A stretch of 48,899 nt of DNA from Stramenopiles sp. TOSAG23-6 (Eukaryota). The stretch is from NCBI GenBank assembly GCA_900128565.1, contig LT635925.1, positions 1 to 48,899 of the forward strand, written 5' to 3'. The notes beneath the pieces were generated by a model that made no database searches, was not told the DNA's origin, and saw only the letters and a list, made by a program, of their open reading frames with translations. Positions 20,748-33,450 of the stretch are shown here, in pieces. Each line of letters begins with the position of its first letter. The first letter of the stretch is position 1. A program made the translations under genes and the position numbers.

Positions 20748-22025
20748 ATGGGTAGGATGCTGAAATTTATGCCACTTAGGTCTTTAAAAATGCAGCTTTA
20801 TCGGATGCGTGGTCGTCCAATAAAATACTTTGGCAATTTCGTTCACGACGGTATAAAATCTTCCCATAGACAATTTACAAATGTTGTATTAACTGAGTCT
20901 TTTTCTTCAAATGAGTCTTCTACAGTAAGCGATTTAAATTTGGTTTCAGAATTTGATACGTACCAGCCTTCATTATTAGATGAGCTGCACCTCCGTGTGA
21001 AGAATAGGCCACTGAAACACATTATTCTTCCTGAAGGAAATGATAAACGAGTTCAAGAAGCAGCTTATGAAGCCGTCACTCAAGGTTTAGCAAAAGTCAC
21101 TCTGTTCGTTGAATCGCCTCAAGAAGCCGCTCTTATTCCGCATGTGAAAGGGGTAAATGTAATTGTCCCCAATGATCATTCGGATATGAAACGTTTAGCC
21201 TCTGAATTTTATGCTGAACGTCTGAAGAAAAAATCGAATATTCTTGTTAAAGATACAGTTGACCCTCATTACTTTGCTAATTTGTTGGTGAAGGACGGCC
21301 AAGCTGATGGTGTAGTTGCTGGTGCTCTCTTAACTACTGGAGATGTTGTCCGTTCCGCCATTCAATGTATTGGGCCAGCAACTGGTAACTCGGTGATTAG
21401 TAGCTTCTTTATAATAGAATTTCCAGAGAATCATCCGAGGGCAGGCGCAGTTCTATTTGCAGATTGCGGAATAAACGCCGAACCAACAGCTGAACAACTT
21501 GCAGAAATCACTTTACAAACGGCATCCAGTGCGAATCAATTATTATCATCTACAGCATTACCACCGCGTGTGTCTATGTTATCATTTTCAACACATGGAA
21601 GTTCAGCTCATAAAAATGCAAAAAAAACACGAAATGCTTACGAAAAAGTATTACTGAAAAGGACTGAATTAATTTCCTCATACGAAAGTAGTAATACACA
21701 AAATACTGGAAAAACTCCATTTGGTACAGTTAATGAATTAAAAGAATTAATTATTGATGGTGAGCTTCAGTTTGATGCTGCTGTTGTACCAGATATTGCA
21801 AAGAAAAAGGCTCCTCAATCAGCAATACAAGGAAATACAAATGTTTTTGTATTTCCTAATTTAGACGCAGGTAACATTGCATACAAAATGGCTGAGCGTT
21901 TTGCCGGAGCGAAAGCGATAGGCCCTATCTTACAAGGTTTAAAAAAACCTTCAAATGATCTTTCTAGAGGTTGTGATATTTCAGATATTATTCATTCTAT
22001 TGTTATCACATCCCTACAAAGTTAA
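20748..22025 (+). CDS. pta: Phosphate acetyltransferase with N-terminal targeting-like extension
   Basis: IILPEGND, FADCGIN, MLSFSTHGS, DGELQFDAA, FVFPNLDAGNIAYK, GPILQGL, NDLSRGC. Confidence 0.94.
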   Translation: MGRMLKFMPLRSLKMQLYRMRGRPIKYFGNFVHDGIKSSHRQFTNVVLTESFSSNESSTVSDLNLVSEFDTYQPSLLDELHLRVKNRPLKHIILPEGNDKRVQEAAYEAVTQGLAKVTLFVESPQEAALIPHVKGVNVIVPNDHSDMKRLASEFYAERLKKKSNILVKDTVDPHYFANLLVKDGQADGVVAGALLTTGDVVRSAIQCIGPATGNSVISSFFIIEFPENHPRAGAVLFADCGINAEPTAEQLAEITLQTASSANQLLSSTALPPRVSMLSFSTHGSSAHKNAKKTRNAYEKVLLKRTELISSYESSNTQNTGKTPFGTVNELKELIIDGELQFDAAVVPDIAKKKAPQSAIQGNTNVFVFPNLDAGNIAYKMAERFAGAKAIGPILQGLKKPSNDLSRGCDISDIIHSIVITSLQS

Positions 22026-22146
22026 AACACATGTAAATGACTTCAAAAAGAAAAAAAAGTAATAAAAAAAAGTTTTTTTTACTTTGTCTAATTTATGAGA
22101 GTAAAAACATATTTCAAATTGTAATGGTAAGTACTACATACTGTAG

Positions 22147-24741
22147 TTATTCATTTGGATTTTTTCCAATAAAAATTGGTCCAAGGACTAAGCATGTCGT
22201 CGTCATTGTAGTAATAATTACGTGTAATGCTGGACCAGCTGTATCCTTAAATGGGTCGCCAACGGTGTCGCCAGTCACGGATGCCATATGAGCATTGCTT
22301 CCTTTCCCACCATGAGCTCCAGCTTCAATATATTTTTTTGCATTATCCCAAGCACCACCACTATTATCTAAGAACATTGCCATCATAAGCCCAGTGAGGG
22401 TTTCAAACATCATCATTCCACACAAAACTTCAACACCTAAGTCGTATTGACCAGTATATTCTCCGATAAATCTAAATAGTAGACCAATACAAATTGGTCC
22501 ACCTAAAGCAAAACATGCAGGCTTAATCATTTTCTTCAATGCTTCACCTGTGACTATAGCAACACACGCTTGATAATTTGGCTTTTGTTCATATTGAAGA
22601 ATTCCCGGCATTTCGTCAAGTTGTCGTCTAACTTCTTCGACAACCTTTTTTGCCGTTTGACCCACTGCATCAAGTGATAAGCCTACAAAAAGAAATATAC
22701 TCATTATTCCGAGTAACCCACCTACTAAAACTTCAATTTTACCTATATTAACATCATAAAAAGGTCTCCCAATAAATTCACTCATTTCATCTAAAAAGGC
22801 ACGAAATAATACAAAACATGCAAGTGCACTTCCTCCAACAGCATATCCTTTCGTTGCCGCTTTAGTAATGTTTCCAACCGCATCAAGTTCATCTGTAATT
22901 GCGCGGACTGTCTCTGGTTGCCCAGACATTTCAACAATGCCTCCAGCATTATCAGCAATTGGACCAAAATTATTCATACTCAAAACAAAAACAGCAGTAC
23001 ACAAAGTTCCCATCGTAGCACACGCTGTCCCGTACAACCCTGCAGCAACAGTGTTTGGTAAACCACTATTTTTACCTAAGTAATACGATACTAAAATAGA
23101 GATACTAAGTACAATTGTAGGTACAAAAGTTGATTCCATCCCAACAGAGATTCCAGATATAACATTTGTACCATGTCCTGTTGTTGATGCAGCAGCTATT
23201 TTTTGTACAGGTCCATGCGTATAATCAGTGTAATACTGTGTGGATAGAAATAGACAAAATGAGGATAAAATTCCAACTAAACCACATAGAAAGTAGTTAT
23301 ACCATGCAGAAGGTGCAATGGGGTCACTTAATAAAGCATAACAAGAAATAGCATATGTACAGATCGCACATATAATAGATATAATATAAGCATTCTGCAT
23401 AATTTTTAGTGGACTACCACGTGACGTTGAATTAACACACATAATACCAACAATACTTACAACAAGGTCAGTTCCATGAATAACTACAGGGAAAAACACG
23501 AAATGTTCAGGATTTGTCACACCTGACTTTGCCGCAAGTTCACCACCAAGAATCATTGCGCCTATAATTTCCCCACTAATTGACTCAAACACATCCGCCA
23601 TACTACCAGCACAATCACCCACATTATCTCCCACTAAATCTGCAATGACAGCAGGATTGCGTGGGTCATCTTCGGGAATTCTGTTTTCTATTTTACCAAC
23701 CAAATCTGCGCCAACGTCAGCTGCTTTTGTGTATATTCCACCTCCCAACTGCATAAATAAACCTACAAATGATGCGCCAAAACTATACCCAGCGATAAAT
23801 AAAGGAATTTTTTTTGAGTCCACGCCACCAAAATATGAAAAATTTAAGTAGGCTGCAATGTATAAAAGTGAAACTCCAAGAATGCACATTCCTGCTGACA
23901 ATATACCAGATACTGCTCCACCACGGAATGCTAATACTAAAGCTTCACGAGTCAGGCCACATGTATTGTGAAAAAAAATATCAACAAAAAAAAATTGTTA
24001 GGTATGAAATTTTGTACAAAAAAATAAATTTGAAGTTAGGGTGAGGGTTGATAATGAAAGCGTACGTGATGCTGCGCTGGCTACTCTGACATTAGCACGT
24101 ACTGAAAACCATACTCCCACATACCCTGCCAATGCAGAGCAAAACGAACCCAATAAAAATGAAAAACTTGTAAATAAGGCTAACGACAGTTTATAATTCT
24201 CCAATTCAGGAGAAATAGCTGGCCTATTTAAATATAGTAGACATAATAAACATGATGTTATTAAAGAAGATATAAATACGGCATAATACTGGACCTTCAG
24301 GAATCCATCCGCGCCTTCTTTTATAGTCGATGCGATCTCTTGCATTTCTACCGTTCCGCAGTCCGCTTTTAATATGCTCTCTGAAAGGTGTATTGCAACA
24401 AAAAATGAACCAAGAACGATTAATAGTGTCATCATCATATATACACCACCTATTTCACTTCCTAGAAATGCTACAGCTAATATAGCGAGTACATTTAGAA
24501 CCATGACAAAGGTTACTAAATTTCCTACCCATTTTGGGACATCTTGTGATGAAAACCTCTGAGACGAAGAGACAACCCTGGGAACTCCAAGCGATTTAGC
24601 AAGTCCCATAGGAAGACCAAAACGTGAGGATATCCCTCTATTTTTTCGTTGCGAGTCATCATCACGTGGCGACGAGGGTATACCTGCTGAACCTCCTTCA
24701 AGACTAGTATATTGATGACCGCCTCTTCGTGTAGGTAACAT
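22147..24741 (-). CDS. Membrane H+-translocating pyrophosphatase, K+-independent (AVP2-like); exons 24741-24066 and 23960-22147
   Basis: GGGIYTKAADVGADLVGK, EDDPRNPAVIADLVGDNVGD, GNITK (Lys type), GDTVGDPFKDTAGP; the halves join as RVASAASRGLTREALVLAFRGG. Confidence 0.95.
23961..24065 (-). other. Non-canonical intron-like element I2 (GT...AT, 105 nt, phase 1)
   Basis: GTACGC start, TACCTAAC at 24004-23997, ends CACAATACAT|GT; contains an in-frame TAA, so it must be removed. Confidence 0.8.
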
Positions 24742-25005
24742 TCTCTACAATTAGATAACCTATAATTCCTATAATTTCTGGAAGCAACAACAACAACAAG
24801 CACCGAAGTCCTTTGAATTCACATTCAAAAATACACGAAATCCTAAGAAAAAATCGGAACTCACAATTTAATTGATTGGAGTCAAATTGTGACTGTCATA
24901 ATATTAAAGCTGCATTCGCATAAATTGTTCTTCTGCAGGTACTACTGTAACCAAATTCTAAAAGTTTTGCTTCATACTCTGCTAGGAAAACCATTCTAGA
25001 TAAGA

Positions 25006-27866
25006 ATGGCTGGATCAGTGTAAGTTTTGTTCATTTGTATTATTTTTCTACACAAACTTGGTACTTTATTGGGTACATTTTTAGATAATATAGTTATTCT
25101 CAATGGAGAGTTTATCTCTGTTGAAAACTTGTTTATTTTTTATTTTTTGCCTAGTTGTCCTTAGAACTATTACACATTACATTACGTAAAGCCTTTTAAT
25201 TTCATAAAGTTATACTTGACGTATCCATTTTTCACTGTAGTACTTGCGATTTTGCAATCCTTGCGGGTTCGGACAGCGACGTCGAAGAAAGAATTCCTCG
25301 GAAGTCCAAGTCACAGCGTAAACGAAATAAAAAAAATAAAATGTCAAACTCTTTACAAACAACGAGTACACATGTACAAGATACTACATCGGTTGAAGTA
25401 AGTCATAATCCGGAAGATGCTAGTATCATACGTCAAGTGTGTCGTGGAGGTTTCTCAAAAAAGGAAATCGTAAATGCCTTGCAAAAGCTTCGAGCTCTCG
25501 ACTTTGTGATTGATGCTCGAAACGTTTTACAATACCTCAAAGAGGCAGATTTAAAAGAAGTATCCGGAGAATTATATGATCCATGCACTTCTGATTATTT
25601 TGCAATGTATGGAAAGAAAACCCCTACCCCTACTCAAAATAATTCTCCTTTCTACCAAAATTCATTCACAAATATACACTTGCCAAGGTCGTCCACTCCA
25701 GTTTTTGGTGGCAAAAATCAAACTAAAAATACTTCGCCAACAACGTCAACCATAATTAATGTTGAATCTAAATCTATGAACAATGAAACCGTCATTGAGA
25801 ATCAAAAGCGAACTCTTGAAAAAGTGTCTGATCTCGAAAATTTAGAAGAAATTCTTGATGCGTTGTCCTCCTATTTTAAAACATTTCCAAGTATGTTTTC
25901 AAAATTGAATGTAAAATATTTTTCAAGTTCGAATTTATTTTTTTAAAAAATTTTTCGTAGTTAATTTTGTACCTAACAAAACCTAACGAAACCTAACAAA
26001 ACAGTTGAATGTAAAATATTGTTTCACAATACATGTATGTTTATTTTTTTCAATTTGGAATTTTTTTTTCGTACAAAATTTCGTACCTAACAAATATATA
26101 TATATATATATATACTTTTTCATAATACAAGTATTATTCCAGTATTTTTTGAAACTTCTGCCTTACAAAAAATACTGATGAATCTTTACACGAAATCATA
26201 CAAACCAAAACGAATTGACAAAAAACTAAAATTATTCTTTGAAAGACTTTTTTTTCAGAAATTGGAAAATCAGAATTTGAACGCAAGTGAAAAAGAAAGA
26301 AAAATATTTCCTCAAAATGTTGTTGTCTGTGTTATCCGTGATATTTTTAATGTAGTATCCAATTGGAAACATTCTGAGAATTCTGACTTACCACAATTAA
26401 GTGAGATTATTGAATGGATCTCAAGATGTATAAAAGAAAGTTGTGATATATTCAAAACTTCAACTAAAGCATTTTTAGTATGTACAGAAATGCGTAAGAA
26501 AATTGAGGAGACTCGAGAAAAAGCAGCAAAATTATTAACTGTACCATTGGGTATTACTAATACTTTGAATACAACTAAAACGATGTTTGCTCTGCGTGAT
26601 ATTCAGTATAATCTTGCGCGTTTGTATAAGCAAAAACAATGTATTTTTCAAATTCAAAATTCGTCAAGTGCGAAATTTGGTACCAATTTAATTTCAAATA
26701 CACCAAGTACTATGCTGACTGAATTGGTAGTAGACACCGCAACTGATGATCCCAAAACTGCATCACTTCAAAATGACTCTTTATTAACAGTTTTAAATGA
26801 AATGTCAAAAATAACGGATGAAGATTTCAAGATAAATGAAGAATATGAAAAAATACAATCTGAAATGATGAAAGCTCATGAAAAGAGTTGTACTGAAATA
26901 AATTGTAGAAAAGATGAAAAAATGAATCGAATAAAGACAATAAAAGAACAAAGAAGAAAATTATTGGATGAATTGGCAATTGTTGATGAAAGTCTCAGAA
27001 ATGAAGAAGAGGGGTATACAATGCTACTGAAAGAAAAGACAGATTTAGAAAGCAAACGTTTGGAGATTTTGAATTCAAAACTGGGACAATATGAAAAAAC
27101 TGTACAAATGGTGAAAACGAATAAAAAGTGTTTGGCAATGAAAAATCTTTTGATTTCTTTACGTACGAAATGTTCTGACAGTAGCCATATTTATCAAAAT
27201 AAATGTAGACAAACCTGTTTTGGATATGGAACGGATAAATATGAGGAAATGGTTCAAAAATCAAATCTTGAACATTATAATGCAGTGTTTGCGTATTTAA
27301 TGACAGAAATTAAATGTATTGATTACTTAAAGAATCGTATTAAAAACAGTACAACCGAGGAAAACTTTTGCAATAAAGAAATAAATTACTACCAGAATAT
27401 GGGAAGTATGAATAAAACCCTTCAAAATCTTATAGAAAAACGTACGAAATGTTGCCAAATTAAAAATGAAGATGTACAAGCTTCAGAAGCAATCTTGAGT
27501 TTGTGCCACGAAATATTTAAAGACGTTTGTTCATCAAGTAAAATATTGAAGAAAAAAAATAATGATAATGATATTCATAGTATTGATAATGATGAAATTG
27601 AAGCTGTACGTCGTCTAGTGATACCATTCAGACAACTTGGTATAGGATTGTCGAATGATTGGATACCTGGTGCAATAATTGAACCTATTTCTATATCTAA
27701 AGACTCATCAAATAATTTTGAAGACAATATTGAAGAAAAAAATCCAATATCGAACAAAATTATTGAGACGTCAAGCTCAGTGAAGAAACCACTACAAAAT
27801 GATTGTAATAATGACACGTCGCTTTCGAAGCATCTTACGTGGATTAGAACAACAAAATTAAAATAA
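25006..27866 (+). CDS. Hypothetical coiled-coil protein, possible UBA-like segment; exons 25006-25019, 25241-25890, 26131-27866
   Basis: All joins are in frame: MAGSVTCDFAILAGSDSD...KTFPSIIPVFFETSALQKILMNLY... Confidence 0.7.
25020..25240 (+). other. Canonical GT-AG intron (221 nt, phase 2)
   Basis: GTAAGT donor, CTTGAC branch candidate at 25215-25220, pyrimidine tract, CTGTAG acceptor; links ATG 25006 in frame to the downstream ORF. Confidence 0.75.
25891..26034 (+). other. Non-canonical intron-like element I4a (GT...AT, 144 nt)
   Basis: GTATGT start, three ACCTAAC copies at 25971, 25981 and 25991, ends CACAATACAT|GT. Confidence 0.7.
26035..26130 (+). other. Non-canonical intron-like element I4b (GT...AA, 96 nt), abutting I4a
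   Basis: GTATGT start, TACCTAAC at 26084-26091, (TA)n tract, ends CATAATACAA|GT. Confidence 0.7.
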
Positions 27867-28030
27867 ATATGTTGTTTTTCAAGTATCTTTCTTTGGGTTT
27901 GAGAGAACATCAAAATATAAATTAAAATTAATAAGGATTGAAAAATGTTGTTTCACGATTACTAATTAAAAAAGAATAAAAAGTTTATCTTGAATAAAAA
28001 TTGATATTTTTATAGAAATGACATTAAACC

Positions 28031-29071
28031 CTAACTGAGTGCCGTTTGTAATGCTTGTTGTCCTCGTTTCGCCATTACACTCACTTCTCCTTTTCGTGTT
28101 TTATCAATAAAACCAATTTTTTGCGTGATTGAAGAATCTGGAACATATTTCCATGCGTCACTATATATAGGTTTATGTTTATTATGATTATTTGTTTTTT
28201 TTGGCTTTGGAAGTTCCTCAATATTGTAATGATCAAATCGTAAAGAACTATTAACAAGACTCTCCCCGGGGGATAAAATGTCGAGTTTATCTTTTTGTGA
28301 TGGATGTTCTTTCATCATAGACTCGAAGTGGCCGTACGGTGTTGCTTCAATAGCACCACTTGCCCAAAGACGTGGGTCTAATACCAATCTTTGCCTGGAT
28401 TTTGCTATACTTACTTGTTTATTAGAAGTGGCAGTATCTAATGTTTCTTCCGCGAGTCGTTGAAGAACCCGGCGAGTTGGATTATTTAAATTATTTGTAT
28501 TTACTCTTGGAAACATAATTGGCGTTTGTGGTGCAAAACCTGAAGGCGTTTCGGAATCTAAAAACATACCCCCTGTAGCTCGATTTGATAACTTTAGAAA
28601 GTCAGTAAATTGTCGAAATTTCATTTCTTTTAATGTTTTTGAATCCATCGACTCTAAGGAATTGGCCACACCATTCTGTATTTGGGAAAACACTTCATCA
28701 TGCCAATCAAGATACAACTTTGATTTCTTTTGTTTGTCCGTTTGTTGTTGCATTGTTAGAAAACGATCAATCTCTTCAACGAATTTCCCTCCTTTTTTCA
28801 ATTTTACCATAGAATCAGCAAATTTCTTTTTTCCAATCTCTCTTTGGAGTTGTTTTTTTTCCTGGAAACGGTAGTCACTTTCTTTTTCTTTTAAAGATTG
28901 CATCTTGATCCATTGTGCGTATCGAAGTTTTGCTCGAACTAATTCTTTTTCTTTTGGAGTGAGCTTCTTTCTTGGCTTTAGAAGTTTGTTTGTTTGCGTT
29001 GGAGATGATAGACCATTGGTCAAACCAGCAAAAAGCTCTTTGTTATAGACTTTACAGGTATCGGAGGACAT
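28031..29071 (-). CDS. Hypothetical protein, FAM228-like (possibly ciliary)
   Basis: 346-aa ORF; FVEEIDRFL...KKSKLYLDWHDEVFSQIQ resembles FAM228 from memory. Confidence 0.5.
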   Translation of the reverse strand: MSSDTCKVYNKELFAGLTNGLSSPTQTNKLLKPRKKLTPKEKELVRAKLRYAQWIKMQSLKEKESDYRFQEKKQLQREIGKKKFADSMVKLKKGGKFVEEIDRFLTMQQQTDKQKKSKLYLDWHDEVFSQIQNGVANSLESMDSKTLKEMKFRQFTDFLKLSNRATGGMFLDSETPSGFAPQTPIMFPRVNTNNLNNPTRRVLQRLAEETLDTATSNKQVSIAKSRQRLVLDPRLWASGAIEATPYGHFESMMKEHPSQKDKLDILSPGESLVNSSLRFDHYNIEELPKPKKTNNHNKHKPIYSDAWKYVPDSSITQKIGFIDKTRKGEVSVMAKRGQQALQTALS

Positions 29072-29393
29072 ATTGAGTACTACGTACTATTAATACTAAC
29101 CTTATACCTACTATATATTCAAGAATATATCTTATCGCTATTTAGGACCGAAAAAAATGTAACTGCCGCCACGACTACGTAGTACTACGGAAGGACTTCT
29201 ACTATTATACGTTGTAGTGGCATTCAGTACGTATTAATATCTACTATTGTAGTAGTATTAGTCTTACTTTAACATTAGACAAAACTAGAAGAGCAACATT
29301 ACAATTGAGTTTGGTGGTACATCATAGGAATACAAAGGTGCCATAAATATAGAGTATACATTTATTACAAATATTACAAAAGATACCACAATA

Positions 29394-32300
29394 ATGAGGT
29401 CAATTCGTCCTGAGAGAAAGCACTTCAAGAGACAAAATAGCAATAATATTGTGTTTCAGGATGACTTTGCAGAAGCCAATAAAAAGTCAAACAAACATGC
29501 AGTTGAAGAGAAAACAAACATTTCTGTGTCAAAAATACAAAATCAATCCAACGATTTTCGACATAGAGCAAATAATCATCGTCAAGTAGATGAAACTCTA
29601 CAAAATCACACACATCATTCAAAGTATCATAGTCACAGGTACGCTACCCAAAATGAAGACTTTTCTTCAGCCACACAAAAGCACAAACGTGGTCAATATG
29701 ACTACGTCAATCAAAAGCAATCACAATTACAATCCTCAATATTCGATGATCCTTCGGAAGAACCATCAATTCAGCATAGGTATCAAAGAAATTGGACATC
29801 GAAAAAGAATCCGAATAAACTAAAAAAAAAGGGAAAATATACTGAGTATCCTATCTACTCTAACCCTAACCTTTCTCCCAACAGACCCTCGCAACGTCGA
29901 TATGAGAATTCTCTCTCAGATTCTTTTAGTGACAATATTGAAGATGATTATAGATATGAGCAATCCCGTTCTTATAGTAGTGAACGATCTCAAGGTGGAC
30001 GTCATTTGAAAAACCCGAATTGGAGAAGTTTTAAAAACCATGACACTCCACAAAAACAGAGACGCAGACGAGATGTAGGTATTCAAAAATATCGTGAGGG
30101 TAATAAAAATGGTGAGAGGCATATTCAATGGAAAAATAATCCAAAATATCAAAATAATCCAAAACAACAAAATAATCAAATATATCAAAAAAATCAAAAA
30201 TATCAACATAGTAATCAAAAATATCAACATAATAATAATGGGAAAAGGTCTCAATATAGTGAAGATTGGCGCAAAGATCTTGAACGGCTTGATAATTATG
30301 AAACACAAGATACTGCAGTAGAAAGTCTAAATGTTTATATTACACGAAATATCATAAATTTTTCACAATTTCGAATATTTTTGTCTGCATCAGAGAAAAT
30401 TTTGAAAAAGTTTCGTTTATCCTCCGCAAAGGAATTAATGGGGAATTTATTAACAAATGTAACAAAGCGATATAGACTACACTGTTGTAAGAGTAGACGT
30501 CAAATTATGCGAGTCATTTTGCGCTTTATAGAAGATAATGATATTAAAGTTCGTCTATCTGGTGCTCGACTTTTACAATCTCTAGTTGGTCGTGTATTTC
30601 CGAAATTAAATGAAACGAGTTCTGGCGGTCGAGGAGCAGCAGCTATGCAACCCAATATTAACCCCAAGGCTCAATTTACGGAAATTATTCTCTCCCCCAT
30701 TTTTGAAATATTGAAGAGTAAGAGTTTTGAATCTCAGCGACAAGGTGCAGCATTATGTCTTTCTTATCTTGTAGCCCAGCAAAAAGCCTCAGCTGTAGAT
30801 TTATTGGCGTCTTCTCTTGGCTTCATAGCAACAAAACTTCAGCAATGTATCTGGACTGAGCGTGGTCGAGCAGGGTCGTTCCTCTGTGATGCAATTTCCA
30901 ATTTAGTAAATTCGGTTGGACCTCGAACTAGTGCGCCACATATTGAGCGGTTTGTCGAATGTATGTTACATTGTTTGCATGATAAAGATACAGCATGGCA
31001 AATGTGTACATCTGGAATTCATTCATTATCCGTTTTAGGTACTTTAGGTAGGCATTCAGGAACAAATCTAAAATACCAAAATAAAATATTACCAGAAAGA
31101 AAATTAAATGAAATAAATTTGAAATTGGAAGATTTGATGCACTATCACGAAGTGAATAAAGTGCGCCAAGCTGCTCAAGATGCACTTGACAAAATTAATT
31201 CGAATCATTCAAAACAAGAATCAAGTGTTTCAAATAAACATCAAAATGTTGAGAATGATCAATATAATCCATTACTTTGGTACAAAAAAAAATATAATAT
31301 AATGAATAAAACAGACGCACCTAAAACTGTTGTTTTACAAAGTAGCAATATAGGGAAATATTATATTGGGCAAAGTGTATCTGGTTTAGGTGAACAAAAT
31401 GAAATTAGTGGAATTATAATTAGAAAAACAAATAATTCTGGTAAAATTTCAAATTCAAATACTGTAGAACCTGGGATTATAACAATACAAGTAGTGACAA
31501 GTGAAAATAAATCTGCTAAATATAATAATCATGATATGATTGATATAAATAATGATAACAATGATGAACAAGATAGTGATTCGTATTACATTCCCATTTC
31601 ACCAAGGAATCGACAGAAACGTAGAAATATCAGAAATATTAATAAAAATGAAAATACAAAACTTAGTGCTGCGTATCATCCACACTCTAATCCCCAAAAT
31701 TATTCAAGTTATAATGAATCAAATGAAAATGATGAGATGGAAATGGATTTTAAAATAAATGAAAAAAAGAAACATTTCGATGCACAAAATAAACACAAAC
31801 AAAAAAAACGAAATACTCACAAAAATTTACACGGAAAACAAAGTAGTAAGCCCAGTATATCACAACAAATACAACCTCAGCAAATGAAACTTCTTTCAAA
31901 ACACATGTCTGACTTAATGATGCAAAATAATGAGTTAAAGAGTGAAATAATAGAAATTCGTAAATCCATAGAACAACATCAAATGGAGCCAAAGTATAAA
32001 GTATATGAAAAGCAAGAGCAAAGCAGTACAAATAAAAAAATCATAATTCCAAATTTTGAAAAGAAAAATGAAAATGTTCAATCAGATAATACTTATAGGT
32101 CCAAAGATAACAATGATTTATATAGTTCCAAAGACGACAATAATTTACCCAACAATTTGAATATGATTTCGAAAGTAAAGTATGAGAATGAAGTGAGATC
32201 GGATGATATAGAAATTAAAAATGATACAANACATAAAAAAANGTCATAGAAANCAANGAAAACAAAGAAAACAAAAATATGAAAAACATGAAAAAAAGAA

Positions 32301-33450
32301 AAAAAAAAAGAAGAGGCAAGGACAAGAAGAACAGGAACAAAAAAATGATTTAGTGACAGCGACATTGGATGCAAATACGACACCATTTACAAACGTACTA
32401 ACTTCGCTTCAACCAAAATTAACTGTAGTACCAACACTACAAACTGAATTAATAAAAAGTAGAGAACGACAACAAAACATGCACTTAAGTCACATTAAGG
32501 AAACAAACCATCTAGGAATGATACCCGGTTCACCCAAAAAATATTTTGAAGTGAATGAAACTACATCTAATGACAACCTTAGTGACAAGAATCATGTTAT
32601 ACAAAATAATATTGATAGTCATACATACGCAAATGAAGCTTTTTTGAACAGTTTTTCGAGTACATTTAGTAAAAATCACAAAATGTCAACTGTTCCCGGC
32701 TCACCTATAAGAGGTGGGGGTTTATCAGCGAGTCGTCAAATTAGATCAAGTTTGCTTCATAATAATAACACAATGAATCGTCATTTATTTGATGTTACAC
32801 TAACCTCATCGTTATTGCATGATGATATACCGGTTGAAAATACTGTTTCATTGTCGGAGGGTAGGGTGGATAGTACCCAGCAAATTCGAAATTCATTAGG
32901 TGCAAAATCAGATTCATTATCGGATGGGCCAAGTGCCCCCGATCTGACTGAGACTCACCAAAGTAAAAACCTCGCAATATCTGGTACAGATATAGCTTCA
33001 GAAGTAAAAATTAAAAATGATTCACTCGCGCAGACTCATGAAGATTTTCGAACAGCTTTATCATTAAACCCTAACCCTACAGAAATAGCAGATACAACAG
33101 AAACAAACCATGGCACGAATACAAGTAAATCACGAAATCCTATAATAGCCACTGAAGCTGATTTATTAGAGTTATTACTCTCAGAAACACCATCATCACT
33201 ATCTACCATGCCCCAAAATACAACCAATATATTAATGCAGGTTTGTGCAAAAAGTGTTTTAGCTGATGAACATCTTGATGCAGTGTTACCATGGTTGAGG
33301 GAAGGTGCTTTAGTAGGTGTACATCTCGATGAGGACACTAAATCAACTGTGCTTTCAGCATTGCATCATCTCAGTTACTCAAGTAATCAAGACGGTATTC
33401 TTGCAGCTGAGCTAATACAACGAGAAGCTTTTCAAACAAACACGTTGTAA
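29394..33450 (+). CDS. Large HEAT-repeat protein, TORTIFOLIA1/SPIRAL2-like; frame broken at an N-containing low-quality stretch (about 32230-32260)
   Basis: QGAALCLSYLV, AWQ, EVNKVRQAAQDAL HEAT block, coiled coil, and C-terminal DLLELLL...HLDAVLPWLREG...VLSALHHL; the two ORFs overlap at the Ns. Confidence 0.55.

Noticed and set aside
11905-22025. Bacterial contamination suggested by AcnB and Pta
   Set aside because: Both have N-terminal extensions and host-like composition, and they are interleaved with RPB8, prefoldin and intron-bearing genes.
32221-32310. Programmed frameshift or intron between ORFs 29394 and 32221
   Set aside because: It coincides with Ns and A-homopolymers, so an assembly error is more likely; no family motif is present.
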